Source of the DNA: Eledone cirrhosa
Lineage: Eukaryota
Length of the DNA stretch: 64,000 nt
Direction of reading: 5' to 3'
NCBI GenBank assembly: GCA_964016885.1
Contig: OZ024741.1
Span: 326,182,001 to 326,246,000 of the forward strand
Positions within the stretch are counted from its first letter, which is position 1; each line of letters opens with the position of its first letter. The position numbers and the translations under genes were made by a program. Below, piece by piece: positions 27,060 through 40,523 of this stretch. The notes under the pieces were generated by a model that worked only from the letters and a program-made list of their open reading frames with translations, was not told where the DNA came from and ran no database searches.

Positions 27060-27746
27060 TAGGCACTATTCGGAGACCCTAATTAGTTGATTAAGATTTA
27101 TCTATACAATAAATAAGATTTATATATACAATATATAATTTTACTGAGGAATATCAGTTATGATAAAATGAGCTTTTTAGACGGCAAAAGCTATCATAAC
27201 TTGAAAACATTGAGAGTTCTAAATCATCTGTAAATTTAAATAGATACAAAACTTGCTTGAGAAAAATTAAATCCTTTTCTTGATAGAAGGGGGCGGCCGA
27301 ATGTGTAGTGTTTTTTCTTCGTCAACCGGGCCCTGTATAACCCTTACAATTTTGGCAGAAGAGTTGGTCAGTTGCAGTGTCATGTCACTATCGCCGGAAG
27401 TTTCGTGTAGGGAGTCATTGTTCTAGTAATGAAATCAGCTAGTAGCCTTACATCCCCTCCTTCCTGGCAGTAAGTAGTTGTTATAGTAGTTACAGACATC
27501 TCCGTCCTCCCTAACTTTGTTCGCAGATCTGCAACAACTGCGAATATAACGGATACACATAAGTAAATATATAACAAATAAATTAAAAGGAATGGTTATA
27601 TTAAAAGTAATAAATATTTGGGAAAGATAACATCCATGAACTTGACTGGTCACGCTTGGTGATCCAGCCGGATCAGTTGAAGACGGTTGCATCTGACAGG
27701 AACCGCTGGAAGAAGTGTTGGACGACTCTGTCCCTACAATCTGCTC

Positions 27747-27777
<31 letters not shown>

Positions 27778-28026
27778 TTTTCTTTATTAACCACAAGGGT
27801 TTACATAAAGTAGACATTAAGGACAGTGCAGGACAATACAGTACGGTACAAATGGGCATTTCTGCGTGTAAAAAACAAAAACAGAGGATGTAACAAAAAA
27901 TAACAATGAAAAATTCCCCAATAGAGGGGAGACTTCCGAGGGACATTTGTGGAGAAAGCCCAGTAAAAGGCCACAGTGACCCTGACCACCAAGGCAAGTG
28001 CCCTCTCCCAGTTTGCCACCTTTAAT

Positions 28027-31000
28027 TTACAGATATATACTCAGAGTAGGCCCATTCACTCGGGCCATTCTTGCTTCTCTCACCCATCTTTCAACAAAAT
28101 GCTGGGAAGAGAGCACTTCCCTCTCTACTCTGATTTTCCTTTTCAAATAGAATTTGAAAAAGTCAATCAGGGCATCACTGAAGAGGTAAGTGCTCGTCTT
28201 CAGCCCTTTCAAACGTGTCCACCATACTATCTCTTTCGCCATGGCCACCAGACAGATAAAAACTGCCTGCCCTTCCCAGCTAAAGGAAGAGGGTGGGGTA
28301 ACCCTCACGATGGACTCAGATGATAGCCGGATCCGTCCTACATGCGACAGCAGGTGTTCGACATAAACCCACAAGTCAGCAATTTTCGGACACTGGACGA
28401 GTGCGAGCAGGGCGGTTTCGTCGCCCTGCGCGCATCTAGGACATGCCCGACTGACGGCACCTCCATGCCTGTAGAGTTTATCCCGAACTGACAAGGCTCC
28501 TCGGTAGCACTGCCAGGCCAGAGACTTCTGGAAGTTGTCCATAGGTCCCGGCCCGAAAGTTCTTCCGAAGAGATTTGCTAGTTGAATTTCGTCGACGCCT
28601 AGAGTTTCTCCAAGTACGTCGTCGCTCTTCCCCTCCACTAATCCTCTATAGAACGCCGAGGTGGAGTTTCCACCGATCACATTGCCCGATTGGTTGAGGG
28701 CTGTGAGCGCCTGAAGGCATTCCAGTCTCCAGGCGCTCCCTCTTGGTCTTCGCTTGACCCAGGACTGCAGCTCCGTCAAGGAAACGAGCTGTTGAAATAC
28801 GTGTCTAGCAAACGGTGACCACAATTGATCACCGTCGAGGAAGAGGTGGAGATGTCGTAGCCTGAGCCCGTGTCTGCGCATCATCAGCCACGGCATTCCC
28901 AGCCCTCCACATAACGGGTGTTGACAGCAGATGGACCGCCTGACCATCGGAGTGCGTCCCTTCCACAAAAAGCGAAAGAGCAAACGCTCCAGCGCAGTCA
29001 GGCGGGGCTTAGGACAGGGTACGACTGTCAGGCGGTAGCAGATGACAGACGCGATGTACGCGTTAGCCACCTCCACTCGACCTTTCAGGGATAGCTTCCT
29101 CTCCGCCCATTTCTGGGTCAGAGAAGCCACCCTGCTCGTCACATCGTCCCAGGTTTTGTCCTTCTGGAGGTCCGGACCGTACCAGAACGCTACCAATTTA
29201 ACCGGTCCGTCCGTCCAGCGTCCGACGACGCTATTGGACGGCATGGACCTGCCTCTCCAGGTGCCGAGCTGCAGGCCCATTGACTTTTTCTGGTTGATCA
29301 TTGCTCCTGTCACCGCTTCGTATTCTCTTAGTGTAGTGCTGATCGCCTCGATGTGTTTGGCGTTCGACACCACTACGGTGACATCGTCCGCATATGCTGA
29401 CACGGATCTTCCGCATCCTAGTTCGCGCGGGACGCCCCTCAACGTCTCCAGTTTGTGCAGTAATGGCTCGAGAGTCAATACGTACAAGAGGGACGAGATG
29501 GGACATCCTTGGCGGACCGAGCGCATGATGTTGAACGGTTCCGAAAGGTGACCGTTCACTCTCACCACAGAGCAGATGTCGCTGTGCATGGCAGCGATCC
29601 AGCCTCTGAAGACGGGCCCAAAGCCAGCCGCCCTCAGGACTGCCGCTAGGTAACGATGGTCGACCCTATCGAAAGCTTTCGACTGATCTAAATTGATCAA
29701 GGACCCACCCGTGCCAGGTTCCCTAGCTACCCTCTCTACGATGTATCGCATGAGGTGGAGGTTGTCGTTGATGGATCTGTCGGGAATGGCGCATGTCTGC
29801 GCCTCTCCCACCAGACCACCAACGACAAGCGCCAACCTCTTTGCTAGCACCTTGGCGAAAATCTTGAACTCTGTGTTTAGCAGAGTTATGGGCCTGAAAT
29901 TATCTATGTTATCCCCCTTGTTCGGATCCTTTCTCAGCAGTGCTACGGCTCCTCGGCTCACAGAACTGGGAATTCTCCCGTTCTGTTGCCAGTTGCAGTA
30001 GACGTCCGCCAAGAGGCCTCCGAACAAGTCTGGCATCTGTACGTAAAGTTCATAGGGCAGACCATCCAAACCAGGCGATTTACCCCTTGTGCAGCCAGTC
30101 ATTGCCTCCCTTACTTCAGCGGCTGTTATCGGATTTTCGCAACACTCCGCCTCAGTGGTCGAGAGCCGCGGCAGTCCGTCGTGGTAGACACTGAAGTCCA
30201 TCCCTCGACCCGGCCCACCGCTGCCCCCGAACAGCTGAGTGTAGTGTCGCCGAAAAGCTTCACACATTTGCCCGGGATCGAGTAGCATGCGCCCGTCGTG
30301 GTCCACCAAAGACCGGATCATGGCTTTGTTGACACGACGCGCCTCCGCCACTCGGGCCCATTGAACGGCTTTCGTCCCCTCGTGGCTGAGAGCACGCACC
30401 CTAGCTCTGACAACGCAGCCTTCGTGCTTTGCATTGAAGAATTGGTCAAGGGCCAATTTTGTCGCAAGCACGTCGGTCGCAATGCCTTTGCTAAGCGCCT
30501 CGTCTAATTTTCTAACTAGTTCTCCCTCTGCTCTATTTTTCTCTATTGCTAAAGCCTTACTAAACCTAATGGATTCTATTCTAATCGCTCTTTTCAGAGC
30601 AAACCCCAACTTGTTGTTGACGATGGCCCCCGTCAACGCCCGCTTAATTAGTTCGCTAATCCGGTCTCTGTAGGCCTTGCGCGCTGGTAAGGACGCGTTT
30701 AGCTTCCAGTAGCCGGGTCCTCGTCTATGAAGCCTATCTAAGTCGAGCATACAGATCACGAATTTGTGGTCCGTGTAGCTGACTATTTTGAAGTGTGGAC
30801 AGCCTATGCTAGACCTATCTATTCCCCTACAAATTACTCTATCTAGATATGATCTGGATGACCTTATACGATTTGTCCAAGTCCACATTGGCACATTCGG
30901 GAAATCCAATCGGTACGTGTCAGACAGTTCAAAACGCCTGAGCAGCTTGGTGAGGCTCTTGCACCCTCCACCCCTATCTGCTAATCCCACACAGTCCCAG

Positions 31001-31445
31001 CGTGCATCTAAGATCCCGTTCCAGTCGCCCACTAACACTAAAGAGTGGGACGTTCCAAGAAAGATCTCCAGACGCCGGAAGAAATCAGGCTGCCCTGCTC
31101 CTATCGGGGCATAGACGGCCACTAGCCTGAAAGCTTTCCCATCTCCGCTGGTCACGTCCAGCACCACCAACTTACCCTCTGGGTCCAGGAAGATGGCCCG
31201 TATGACGAGATCCACACCTCTCCGAAAAAGCACAGCAACTCCACCCCCGATCCAGGACGGCTGGGAGATGCGTACACATCGTAGCCACCGAAGATCGGTG
31301 CGAAGGCCCGTGCTTCGGAGATTCTGGTCTCGCTGATGGCCACTACATCTATGTTTAGTGACCTGAGGTCGTTGAGCAGGTGACCCTGCTTCCATGACGA
31401 CCCCAGGCCACGCGCATTTATGCTGCCTATTCTGAGTGAGGTCAT
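28027..31445 (-). CDS. LINE ORF2: APE endonuclease + reverse transcriptase; one frameshift at the C/G run near 31244-31248
   Basis: LRIGSINARGL..ISETR (frame 31152-31445) joins GGGVAVL..GDWN..YLDRV..TDH..KSPGLDGL..FRPITLLN..LDQSKAFDRV..RQGCP..YADD..CPRC (frame 28027-31518). Confidence 0.93.
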
Positions 31446-31519
31446 GTTTAAAATAGAGTGGAAAAGATGGGAAAGACCACTTACTGTACTTTTCGTAGAG
31501 GAGGGATGGTTTTTCCATC

Positions 31520-33535
31520 TCTTTTCACTTGATCGTCTGGTGAAGGGACCGTTGAATCGTCCCTTCGGCTGGTCGTCGGCTCTTCTATGAGTATGTCCGA
31601 ATATACTCTTCGGTTGAGTGTCCCTCCTAGGTCTCTGAAATCACCAACTGCGTTGGGGAATTTCGTTTTAATGTTTGTGTATTATTTCTGTGCTATTTTT
31701 AGCAGTCTTATGTTAGTTGGCGTTTTGATTGGTGCTGGTATTATGTAGTCGTGTTGTGAAATGTCTGTGTGTTCAATTATGTAAGTCATTAGTTTCTTGT
31801 TGTGTGTATTTATTGCCGTGCATTTGTTTTTCTGGGGGTGGGTGTGGTTCTGCTATTTTCTTGTCGTTGTTGCTGGGTGTGTGTGTTTTGTTGTTGTGTT
31901 TGCGATGTTGGTGCTTGTGGTGGTGGTGTTGAAGGTGTTGTTGTTGTTGGCGGTGTTGTTGTCGCCGGTGTTGATGGTGGTGCTAGTGTGGGTGGTGATG
32001 GTGTTGGTGGTGTTGCTGCTGTGAGTCTCTTTGCAGTAGCCTTTACCCTTTATTCATTTCTTTCCTCCCTTTTCGAAGGCGACGATGCGCTGCTTCTGCG
32101 TTTGTGCCTTCTTGCGACTTTTTGCCATCCCTCTCCCACCTCACACTCCATGTCTGATTCTGTGACGTCGGGGAGGGGTACCAGCTCCACTCTTTCACTT
32201 GTTGTTGTTGGTGATGTTTGCAGTGGAGTCTCTGTTCGAACTGCAGTTGGTATTACTGTTGTTGTTGTTATTAATACTTCCACTGCTGCTGCTGTTCTTG
32301 ATTTCCGTGGTGTGGGTATGGGTGCCACGGACCTATCGTTCATGGTTGAGCTTGTCCTGTTGCTGGTAGCAGTGGAGTCGGTATCGGAAGGAGGGTGGTT
32401 TTCTCCTTTCTCAGGGTCATCTCTTTGCAGAAGTCCTTGAGGTGAGTCTTCGATCCACAGCGAAAGCATTTCAGGCGTTTGCCCTCAACACTTATGGGCA
32501 GATGAGTGCCGTTATCGAAGTCTATAACATCCGCGATAACTTCGATGCACTCATGGTTGGTTTGGATTAACATCTCAATGGAGGTGCCGACCCAATCTTC
32601 TCTTACTCTTTTCTGTACTTGCAGTACAGTTGTTTTGTCCTCGATTCCGACGAGGACAGACGCGGACAGACAATTTTTTGCCCGCAGTAGGCGGGCACCA
32701 ACACCATTTCCTCGTTCCTTAGGGACACTAAGGATTGAGCCTTTGCCTCCTGGGGTGTGGCAAAAAGCACGTCTACGGAGGCATATTTCTTGCCTCGGGT
32801 GATATGCGTTTTCCGCTGCCACACAGACCTTAAGGCTTTTTGTATTTGAGCCTCTGTGGCTCTTTCAACCCTACGGGATTTTGTGCTTACTGTACGGTAT
32901 GTAACCGTACAGTGCTGTTGGGTTTCAAAAAATTGTTCGGCTGCCTTGCAGATTGCTCGGTGTCAGGTTTTCGTCACCATCTTCTTCGCTTCCTCTAATT
33001 CCTCATTTGTTATGAGGATGGTTTCCAGGTTCTTTGCGATACCTGCAAACGAGATTGGTTTTTCTTTGCTGCTGTTGTTGTTGTTGTTGTTGTTGTTGTC
33101 GTCAGAGCTGCTGTTACTTTTGTTGTTGCTGCAGGTACTACGACTACTGCCGCCGCCGCTGTTGCTGTGGTTGTTGTTGTTGTTGCTGCTAATGCTGTTG
33201 TTGTTTATGCTGCTGCTGATGCTGTTGCGGCTGCTACTGTTGGTTTCCTTGTCACTGTTGCTGCTGCTGCTGTTATTACTGCTGCTACTGCTATTATTCA
33301 TGACGTCAGACGAATGAAATGGGTTTTCGTATTTCCCGTACACCTGTTTCGTCGTTGTCGTCGTCGTCGTCGTGGATAAATTTTGCACGCTTTGCACGTG
33401 ATTTTTCTTTACTGGCGTCGCTTGCGAAAGAGAAGGGAGGGAGAGAGACAATCTTCTCTCTGCTGTAGTGACGATTGAGGAAGAAGAAGACGGAATGGGT
33501 GGGGGGGACCTATGAAAATTCTTTTTCGTAGCCAT
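31520..33535 (-). pseudogene. LINE ORF1 (gag-like), frameshifted
   Basis: ATG at 33535, Ser/Asn low-complexity N-terminus, CCHC knuckle CFRCGSKTHLKDFC (about 32425-32470), Thr-rich C-terminus. The end position is approximate. Confidence 0.78.
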
Positions 33536-34171
33536 GTTTATTTTTGTTTAAAATAAATATTGGGCACAAAACCCCAATCAGCGGTTATTTAACCCCGAAG
33601 GGCCAAATAACGGGCAGAAAGGCCCCCTCACGAGGAGGAGGGTGTTTTTGTCTACAATTTGGTTAAAGTTTTAAACAATTTACAATTGTTATAGCGGTCA
33701 AAATTTACAATACCTCACAGAGCCGAGCCTCCGTCAACCATAGCATTCAATAATAATAATAATAATAAAAAGAAGAAGAATGTAGCAAGGACTCCGCGTT
33801 GTTCAATGTTTAAGAAATTGTTTGCAATCATTATTACCCACTAAATGGGTAATTATAATTATATGATAAAAAATGTTATAATGAAAAAAATGAAAAATAG
33901 ATGTCTGTAGGCCTAAACTATAAAGCTGAGTATATAACGTAGAAGTTATCTATATCGTTATAGTTCATCTAGATCGAAACGGTTGGAAGCACAATAGCCG
34001 TACTCCGCGCAAGTTCCCCGTTCAATCAAGCTCTACAAATTACATCCAGATCCAGGTGTCCGCTTCTTTCTCTCCAAGGGAATCATGCACATACATTAAT
34101 TTCCTGTATTAGATCGATATATATCAAACTTATAATGCCATATATATATATATACATATATAATAATAATA

Positions 34172-34240
<69 letters not shown>

Positions 34241-34473
34241 TGTATGTGTGTTTGCGCGTATATGTATATTTGTGTGTGTTTGTAATTCACACTCATAACT
34301 TTGATAAAATTCGGTAAAGAAACCAAATGTTACTTTATTCCTGCCCAAAAGAATCTGTTATGTAACAGTAATATTATAAAGATGGACTGCAGCTGAAGTT
34401 GGTAATTACATACCTATCACGTAGTTACTTCTGATGTGTAAACTACTGACATCTTTGATAGGTATATTACTGG

Positions 34474-34770
<297 letters not shown>

Positions 34771-35349
34771 TTAGGAGGAAAAGAAAGATTACTGGAAGAG
34801 ATGGCGGCAACAGATTGTTTATTATACAGTTCATTTCAAAATGTCTGGCTCCATGCGATTGCGTTCTGTTCCCGCCCGTTACGATGATGCTTGCAAGTTA
34901 ACCTGAAAATGGCGGACCATTCTACAGACACGTATACCTACAATGTAGTTCTCAGCGTCATTCATCATAACACAATTGTTACAAGGCTAGGCATTTTGAT
35001 TACAAGTATAACTAAGTTGTCCACCTATTTTGAGTAGATGAACGTGGAATAAAAAGAACACAACACAGCACTGGAATTTGAACTTAAAATCTTACGATAT
35101 TCAGGCAACCACGTTAACCACTGAACCACGAACCTCCACTCTGGCCCAGAAGAATTATTCAATCAGTTGTTGTTTTCGGCTTAGATGTTTGTTTCGAGAC
35201 GTAGCTCTAGATCCGTGTTTAAGGAATTTGCTTAGCAGCCACGTCATTCTGGTATCAATGGTAACCGTGGAGCACCAAACGCAATAGTCTCGAATTGACC
35301 AATGCCTTCTGAAAGAAATGTGATAGATGGAAACTGCGGGAAAGCGTCG

Positions 35350-35386
<37 letters not shown>

Positions 35387-35446
35387 CAAGGTTTAGCAAA
35401 TAAGAAAAAGTTTTAAAATAAAAAGTTCACTGTACCTGCTATAATT

Positions 35447-35530
35447 ACCCTTACCGTGCGGTTTCAAGTCTCAAAATAAATGGATAATCCATGCGGAAAT
35501 CCATTGAGAAGAAGACTTTCGTCAGAGGGT
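35447..35530 (-). ncRNA. Type I hammerhead
   Basis: ACCCU-CUGACGA-AAGUCU..AGACUU-GAAA-CCGCACGG-UA^-AGGGU. Confidence 0.85.
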
Positions 35531-36127
35531 TCTTCTCACTCGGAGAATATAAAATTCCCGAGTTCAAATCACGAACTGGCGCCAAACAGAACTGTTCCCG
35601 GATGAGAGTGTATGATGTTGAAACAATTTTGTCTAGTGCCGTGTGTAAAGATAGAAGGCAGTTGATATAGCCGAACTCTTCAAACCCCGAGGTACTGAAT
35701 TAGATGTATTTTATTAATCCCGGTTTTCTTATTTTAGACGCTTGTTTTTCAATTTTATAATTTCCCATTTTCAGATTCCTGTATAATTCTATTTTCGCTT
35801 GCTTTTTAGCTAGCCTACTTTATCCACGTATAGAATTCACGCTTAACGCTTCACCGGCTTTAACCACTCCCTCTTTGTTCTACAGACAAGTTCAGTCACC
35901 CCCACTCCCTACCCGCCGCCATGAAAGATTTAACTGTGTTTACAGGGAACCTTCGATCTCTCCTTTTGATAACTACAACCTTCAGAAATGCCTGATTATC
36001 GCATGCCCATATATGGAATTACCCCATATAGAGTTCGGCTATATCAGCGCCACGGTAAACATTTAATTTAGTCCAAAAATAGCCGTCGAAACGGCTTGAG
36101 CTCTGCCGTCGGGCTCCAGACTATTTT

Positions 36128-36170
<43 letters not shown>

Positions 36171-36334
36171 CTACAACTGAGGTCCGACGAGCTTTTGATT
36201 CCAGAGTTGGGCCAGATCGATACAGATCGAACCATGAAGTGATCAATAGGGACATGCTCGTCACCAACCAATAAACGTAATGAAGGCTTAAACAATCGTC
36301 CTTGTATTATTATATTACTCTCTAGGTGGTTTGG

Positions 36335-36512
36335 CAATATAAGGAGAGCGTCAGACACTATGCTTTGCACCATCGAGTTATGGTCCTTTATGTTCTGAGT
36401 TTAAGTCCCGCTGAGGTTAATGTTGCCTTTTATCCTTACGGGTTCGATAAAATAAGGGACGAGTAATGCACTGGGTAACTGCTGGCCTTGTGCCAAAATA
36501 GAAACAATTATT
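36335..36512 (+). mobile_element. tRNA-derived SINE
   Basis: Same family as 17957-18146. Confidence 0.75.
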
Positions 36513-36632
36513 ATATTACACTCCATGTAGTTCTACACCTCGATACTGATGTGAGCATAAACATCGACTGCTCCTCATCTGGGTGAACCTACAGAAAGTT
36601 CGCGTTATACTTCGTGAATATATATATATATA

Positions 36633-36793
36633 TATTATAAAATAACAGGAGGCTGGACTGGTGTAATTCCTTGAAAGGTTTATTATACTATGATCATTTA
36701 AATGACCGGGTTCAGTATGAATCAGGTGACATCATCAGGTATTCAAAATATAACAAAGGAATATAATAGACAAAATCCATGGGGCTGAAAATC
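36633..36793 (-). mobile_element. Tail-less copy of the 25410-25570 pLTR; hammerhead 36685-36742 with GAAA changed to UAAA
   Basis: The reverse complement matches 25410-25570 closely. Confidence 0.8.
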
Positions 36794-36984
36794 AGAGACA
36801 TGAGAGCGACCGAACATTTAGCAGCTTCTAAATCTAATAAGTTGACAAGACTGGTATGGATTTCACTGCAAGTACCGGTTGCATTTCAGCGTACTTAATA
36901 TGTAATGTTAAGTGAAGTCCCAAAGTAGACACATAGTTATTTGCTTTAACACAGCACACGTAAATGGGTACCTTCAATCTATAC

Positions 36985-37082
36985 CCGAACTCAAGTTTCT
37001 GTCACACTTAATGCTGCAATAGAGTGCACGGCATCCACTGTCTACATTTATTATGCAACAATGCATGCGGCTTCATCAGCAG
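36985..37082 (-). ncRNA. Degenerate hammerhead
   Basis: CUG-CUGAUGA-long stem II-GAAA-CUUGAG-UU-CGG; weak stems. Confidence 0.5.
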
Positions 37083-37496
37083 TTTTCGCCTAATCAATAA
37101 CCAATCGATTGACAGAATTCGATTCCAGTCCGTGTCTTCTATGACAGTATGTGACAACCAGCACAGTAAAACATCAGCAACTGAAATCCCTACGCGTCAT
37201 CACAATGAATGCCGTCAGCCGATTGGCCATTGGTTCAGGAATTTACGTGACGGCAGGAGAAAAATAGTTCCGCTCCAACCATAATCTATCAGCCAACGTG
37301 TCTCAAACACAAAATAACAAGCAAATAAAAAAACATTTTAAAAAATCGCTATACAATAGTCTCCAAGTCCCGTGGCGAGAAATATTGTGACAGTAAAACC
37401 TTTCCGGACATTAAATGATAACAGGCGATTAGACAGCAATATAGAGTTAGCGCGGTTGTTAGAATTCGACTTTTCACCCCACCCTCTCTTTCTCTC

Positions 37497-37581
<85 letters not shown>

Positions 37582-37752
37582 ATACTTTGGGAGGGTCAGA
37601 AACGAAATATATATATATATATATATATAGGAGGTGAGTTTTATTGTAGTACAATAAAGCAATGCAGATATCGGATAAGAAGCACTCTACAGTTTGTAGG
37701 ACTGGAGTATACATAATATAAGATCAAAAGATGGTTAAAGGAGTTCCATGTA

Positions 37753-37819
37753 TTTTATTATGCGCATTTCAAAAACAAACATCATCATGCAATAATATTT
37801 GTGTTTTCATCAGATAAAA
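37753..37819 (-). ncRNA. Type I hammerhead (left arm)
   Basis: Mirror of 37930-37996. Confidence 0.8.
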
Positions 37820-37929
37820 CAGGAGAACATGATATGAAGGCTAAAAAACACTTGTGGATAGTGCAGTTTTAAATCAACATAACTGCACTATCCACAAGTG
37901 TTTTTTAGCCTTCATATCATGTTCTCCTG

Positions 37930-37996
37930 TTTTATCTGATGAAAACACAAATATTATTGCATGATGTTGTTTGTTTTTGAAATGCGCATAATAAAA
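37930..37996 (+). ncRNA. Type I hammerhead (right arm)
   Basis: UUUUAU-CUGAUGA-AAAC..GUUUUU-GAAA-UGCGCA-UA^-AUAAAA. Confidence 0.8.
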
Positions 37997-38028
37997 TACA
38001 TGGAACTCCTTTAACCATCTTTTGATCT

Positions 38029-38067
<39 letters not shown>

Positions 38068-38072
<5 letters not shown>

Positions 38073-38350
38073 GTAGACACACAACAGTTAGTTCACCATA
38101 CCGAGAACAATTGTTTCACCTTAGCGGATCTTCAGCTGGGACTGGTCATGGTTAAACGGAACAGGTATGCGCGTTCATACGGCTGTTCTTCCTGTTCCGT
38201 TTAACCAAGACCAGTCCGAGCTGAAGATCTGCTAAGGTGAAACAATTGTTCTCGGTTTGGTGAACTAACTGTTGTATTTCTACTTCTACTAAACTCGTCC
38301 CATGGACTGAGTGCTCTTCTACTACGGATATTAACTTCCAGTGTTCTACC
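38068..38350 (+). mobile_element. Fold-back pLTR element (arms 38068-38165 / 38191-38288, tail to 38350)
   Basis: Inverted repeat of about 98 bp with a few mismatches; hammerhead in each arm. Confidence 0.85.
38216..38255 (+). ncRNA. Minimal type I hammerhead (mirror copy at 38101-38140, minus)
   Basis: CCGAG-CUGAAGA-UCUGCUAAGGU-GAAA-CAAUUG-UU^-CUCGG. Confidence 0.82.
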
Positions 38351-38362
38351 TCTCTCCCTCTC

Positions 38363-38900
<538 letters not shown>

Positions 38901-39418
38901 ACAAAAAGTTTATACAGTTAGGTGTGTGTATATACATGTAAGTAACTTCGTTCACGGATATGCATAAAGATATATGTTCACATGCATACGCATGCCAAAA
39001 AGATGTATGTAAATACAAAAATTCAAGGCTAATGTCTCTGTAAGTTTATAATCTACAGATAAAATGCGTATACACACATAAATATAAAATAAATGTATAC
39101 ACACATTCATATACTCACACATATTCGTACACTCACACACACACGCGCGTATACGCATAAACATACACATAACTACGAACATACATACACACAAACACCC
39201 CTACACACATATATATGTGTATATACTATTATCATAAGCATATGGACATTAATGCACGCACATAAACACTGCCACACATATTTAGATCCAGATACAGAAA
39301 TTAGGTGGGGGGGAGGGAGAGGTCAGTATTCAACGGTGTCAGCAGACTGCCTATTTATAAATGTATCTATAAACTTAGAAATCAAAAGAAAAGAAAAAGA
39401 AAAAAGAAATATATCAAG

Positions 39419-39491
<73 letters not shown>

Positions 39492-40417
39492 ACATAATTT
39501 TGTATAATTTTGTACATAGATCTGTTGAATATGCATGCCAATTCTAACACATATATATCCTAGAAACGATCGTTAAATAATGAACTTTTTTTGTTTAATA
39601 TAAGGAACTGTTTCATTGTTTTATTCATTATTTTTTTAATATTTTATATATATATATATATATATAAATGAAAGGTACAGAAAGTATTGTAGCAAGAAGC
39701 CAACAGTATTCGATAATATATATATATATATGTATAATCAAAATATATTGCTGCTTTCCAACACTAAATACATAAACACAATGAACTTTATATAAATTCA
39801 TGTAGCAATCATATACTCTAGTATGTGATTCTCTATGTGATTTTCATACCCTTGATACACGCACATACACAGACCCCCCCCCCATATATATCCATATATG
39901 AAAAAACAACCTTCAAATCCGATCCATATCAATATGTTACAGTGCTTTAGAAATAGATTACTTAATATATGTGTTACCCAAGACGATGTCCAAAGATATC
40001 ATGTCAGTAGATGCGTTAGAGTATCATAACGTAAATATCGCACCACAGAAATGCATATTCTTGTGTAATTAAGTAATAATAGAAATTAGGCATATCCGGC
40101 AATCATAGTTGATTATACACACTGACACACACACACACACACACATACACGAGCCCCCCCCCATATATATATATGTATATGTATATACACATAAATGGGT
40201 ATGTTTGTGTGTATATGAATATATTAGGCATATCATACCACAAGCGAGAATAATTTCGCCCTTTTCATAGCAATAGAATTCCCCCACTTACTATAGTTTT
40301 TTATAAAATTCCCCATCTCTGAGGCTTTGGTATATAAGTTTATATATATATATATATATGCCGAGTGAGGGCCGCCTGTGTAACTGGACATTTGGAAAAA
40401 CTGCTTCGTAGAATCGA

Positions 40418-40523
40418 GATGTATCTGAGGACATAACGATTTCAGAGTCAGGTTCGATCATTACATGATTATTTTACAGAGTCAGGTTCGTGCTGGTCGC
40501 TAGAGAAACGATTGTAGTATGTC
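40418..40523 (+). ncRNA. Degenerate hammerhead in a pLTR-like element (about 40360-40640)
   Basis: GAUGUAU-CUGAGGA-(stem II disrupted by a duplication of CAGAGTCAGGTTCG)-GAAA-CGAUUG-UA-GUAUGUC. Confidence 0.6.

Larger units (their letters stand above)
27775..33748 (-). mobile_element. Tx1/L1-clade LINE, apparently full length, flanked by (AAT)n on both sides
   Basis: 5' UTR, gag-like ORF1, APE-RT ORF2, and a 3' UTR with AATAAA before (ATT)n. Confidence 0.92.
37630..38036 (-). mobile_element. Fold-back pLTR element (tail 37630-37712; arms 37713-37868 / 37881-38036)
   Basis: 156-bp near-perfect inverted repeat between (TA)n tracts. Same family as 63110-64000. Confidence 0.88.

Noticed and set aside
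31446-31518. ORF2 start at 31518 as given in the ORF track
   Set aside because: The APE N-terminal motifs are in the 31152-31445 frame. The long frame is only correct downstream of about 31245.
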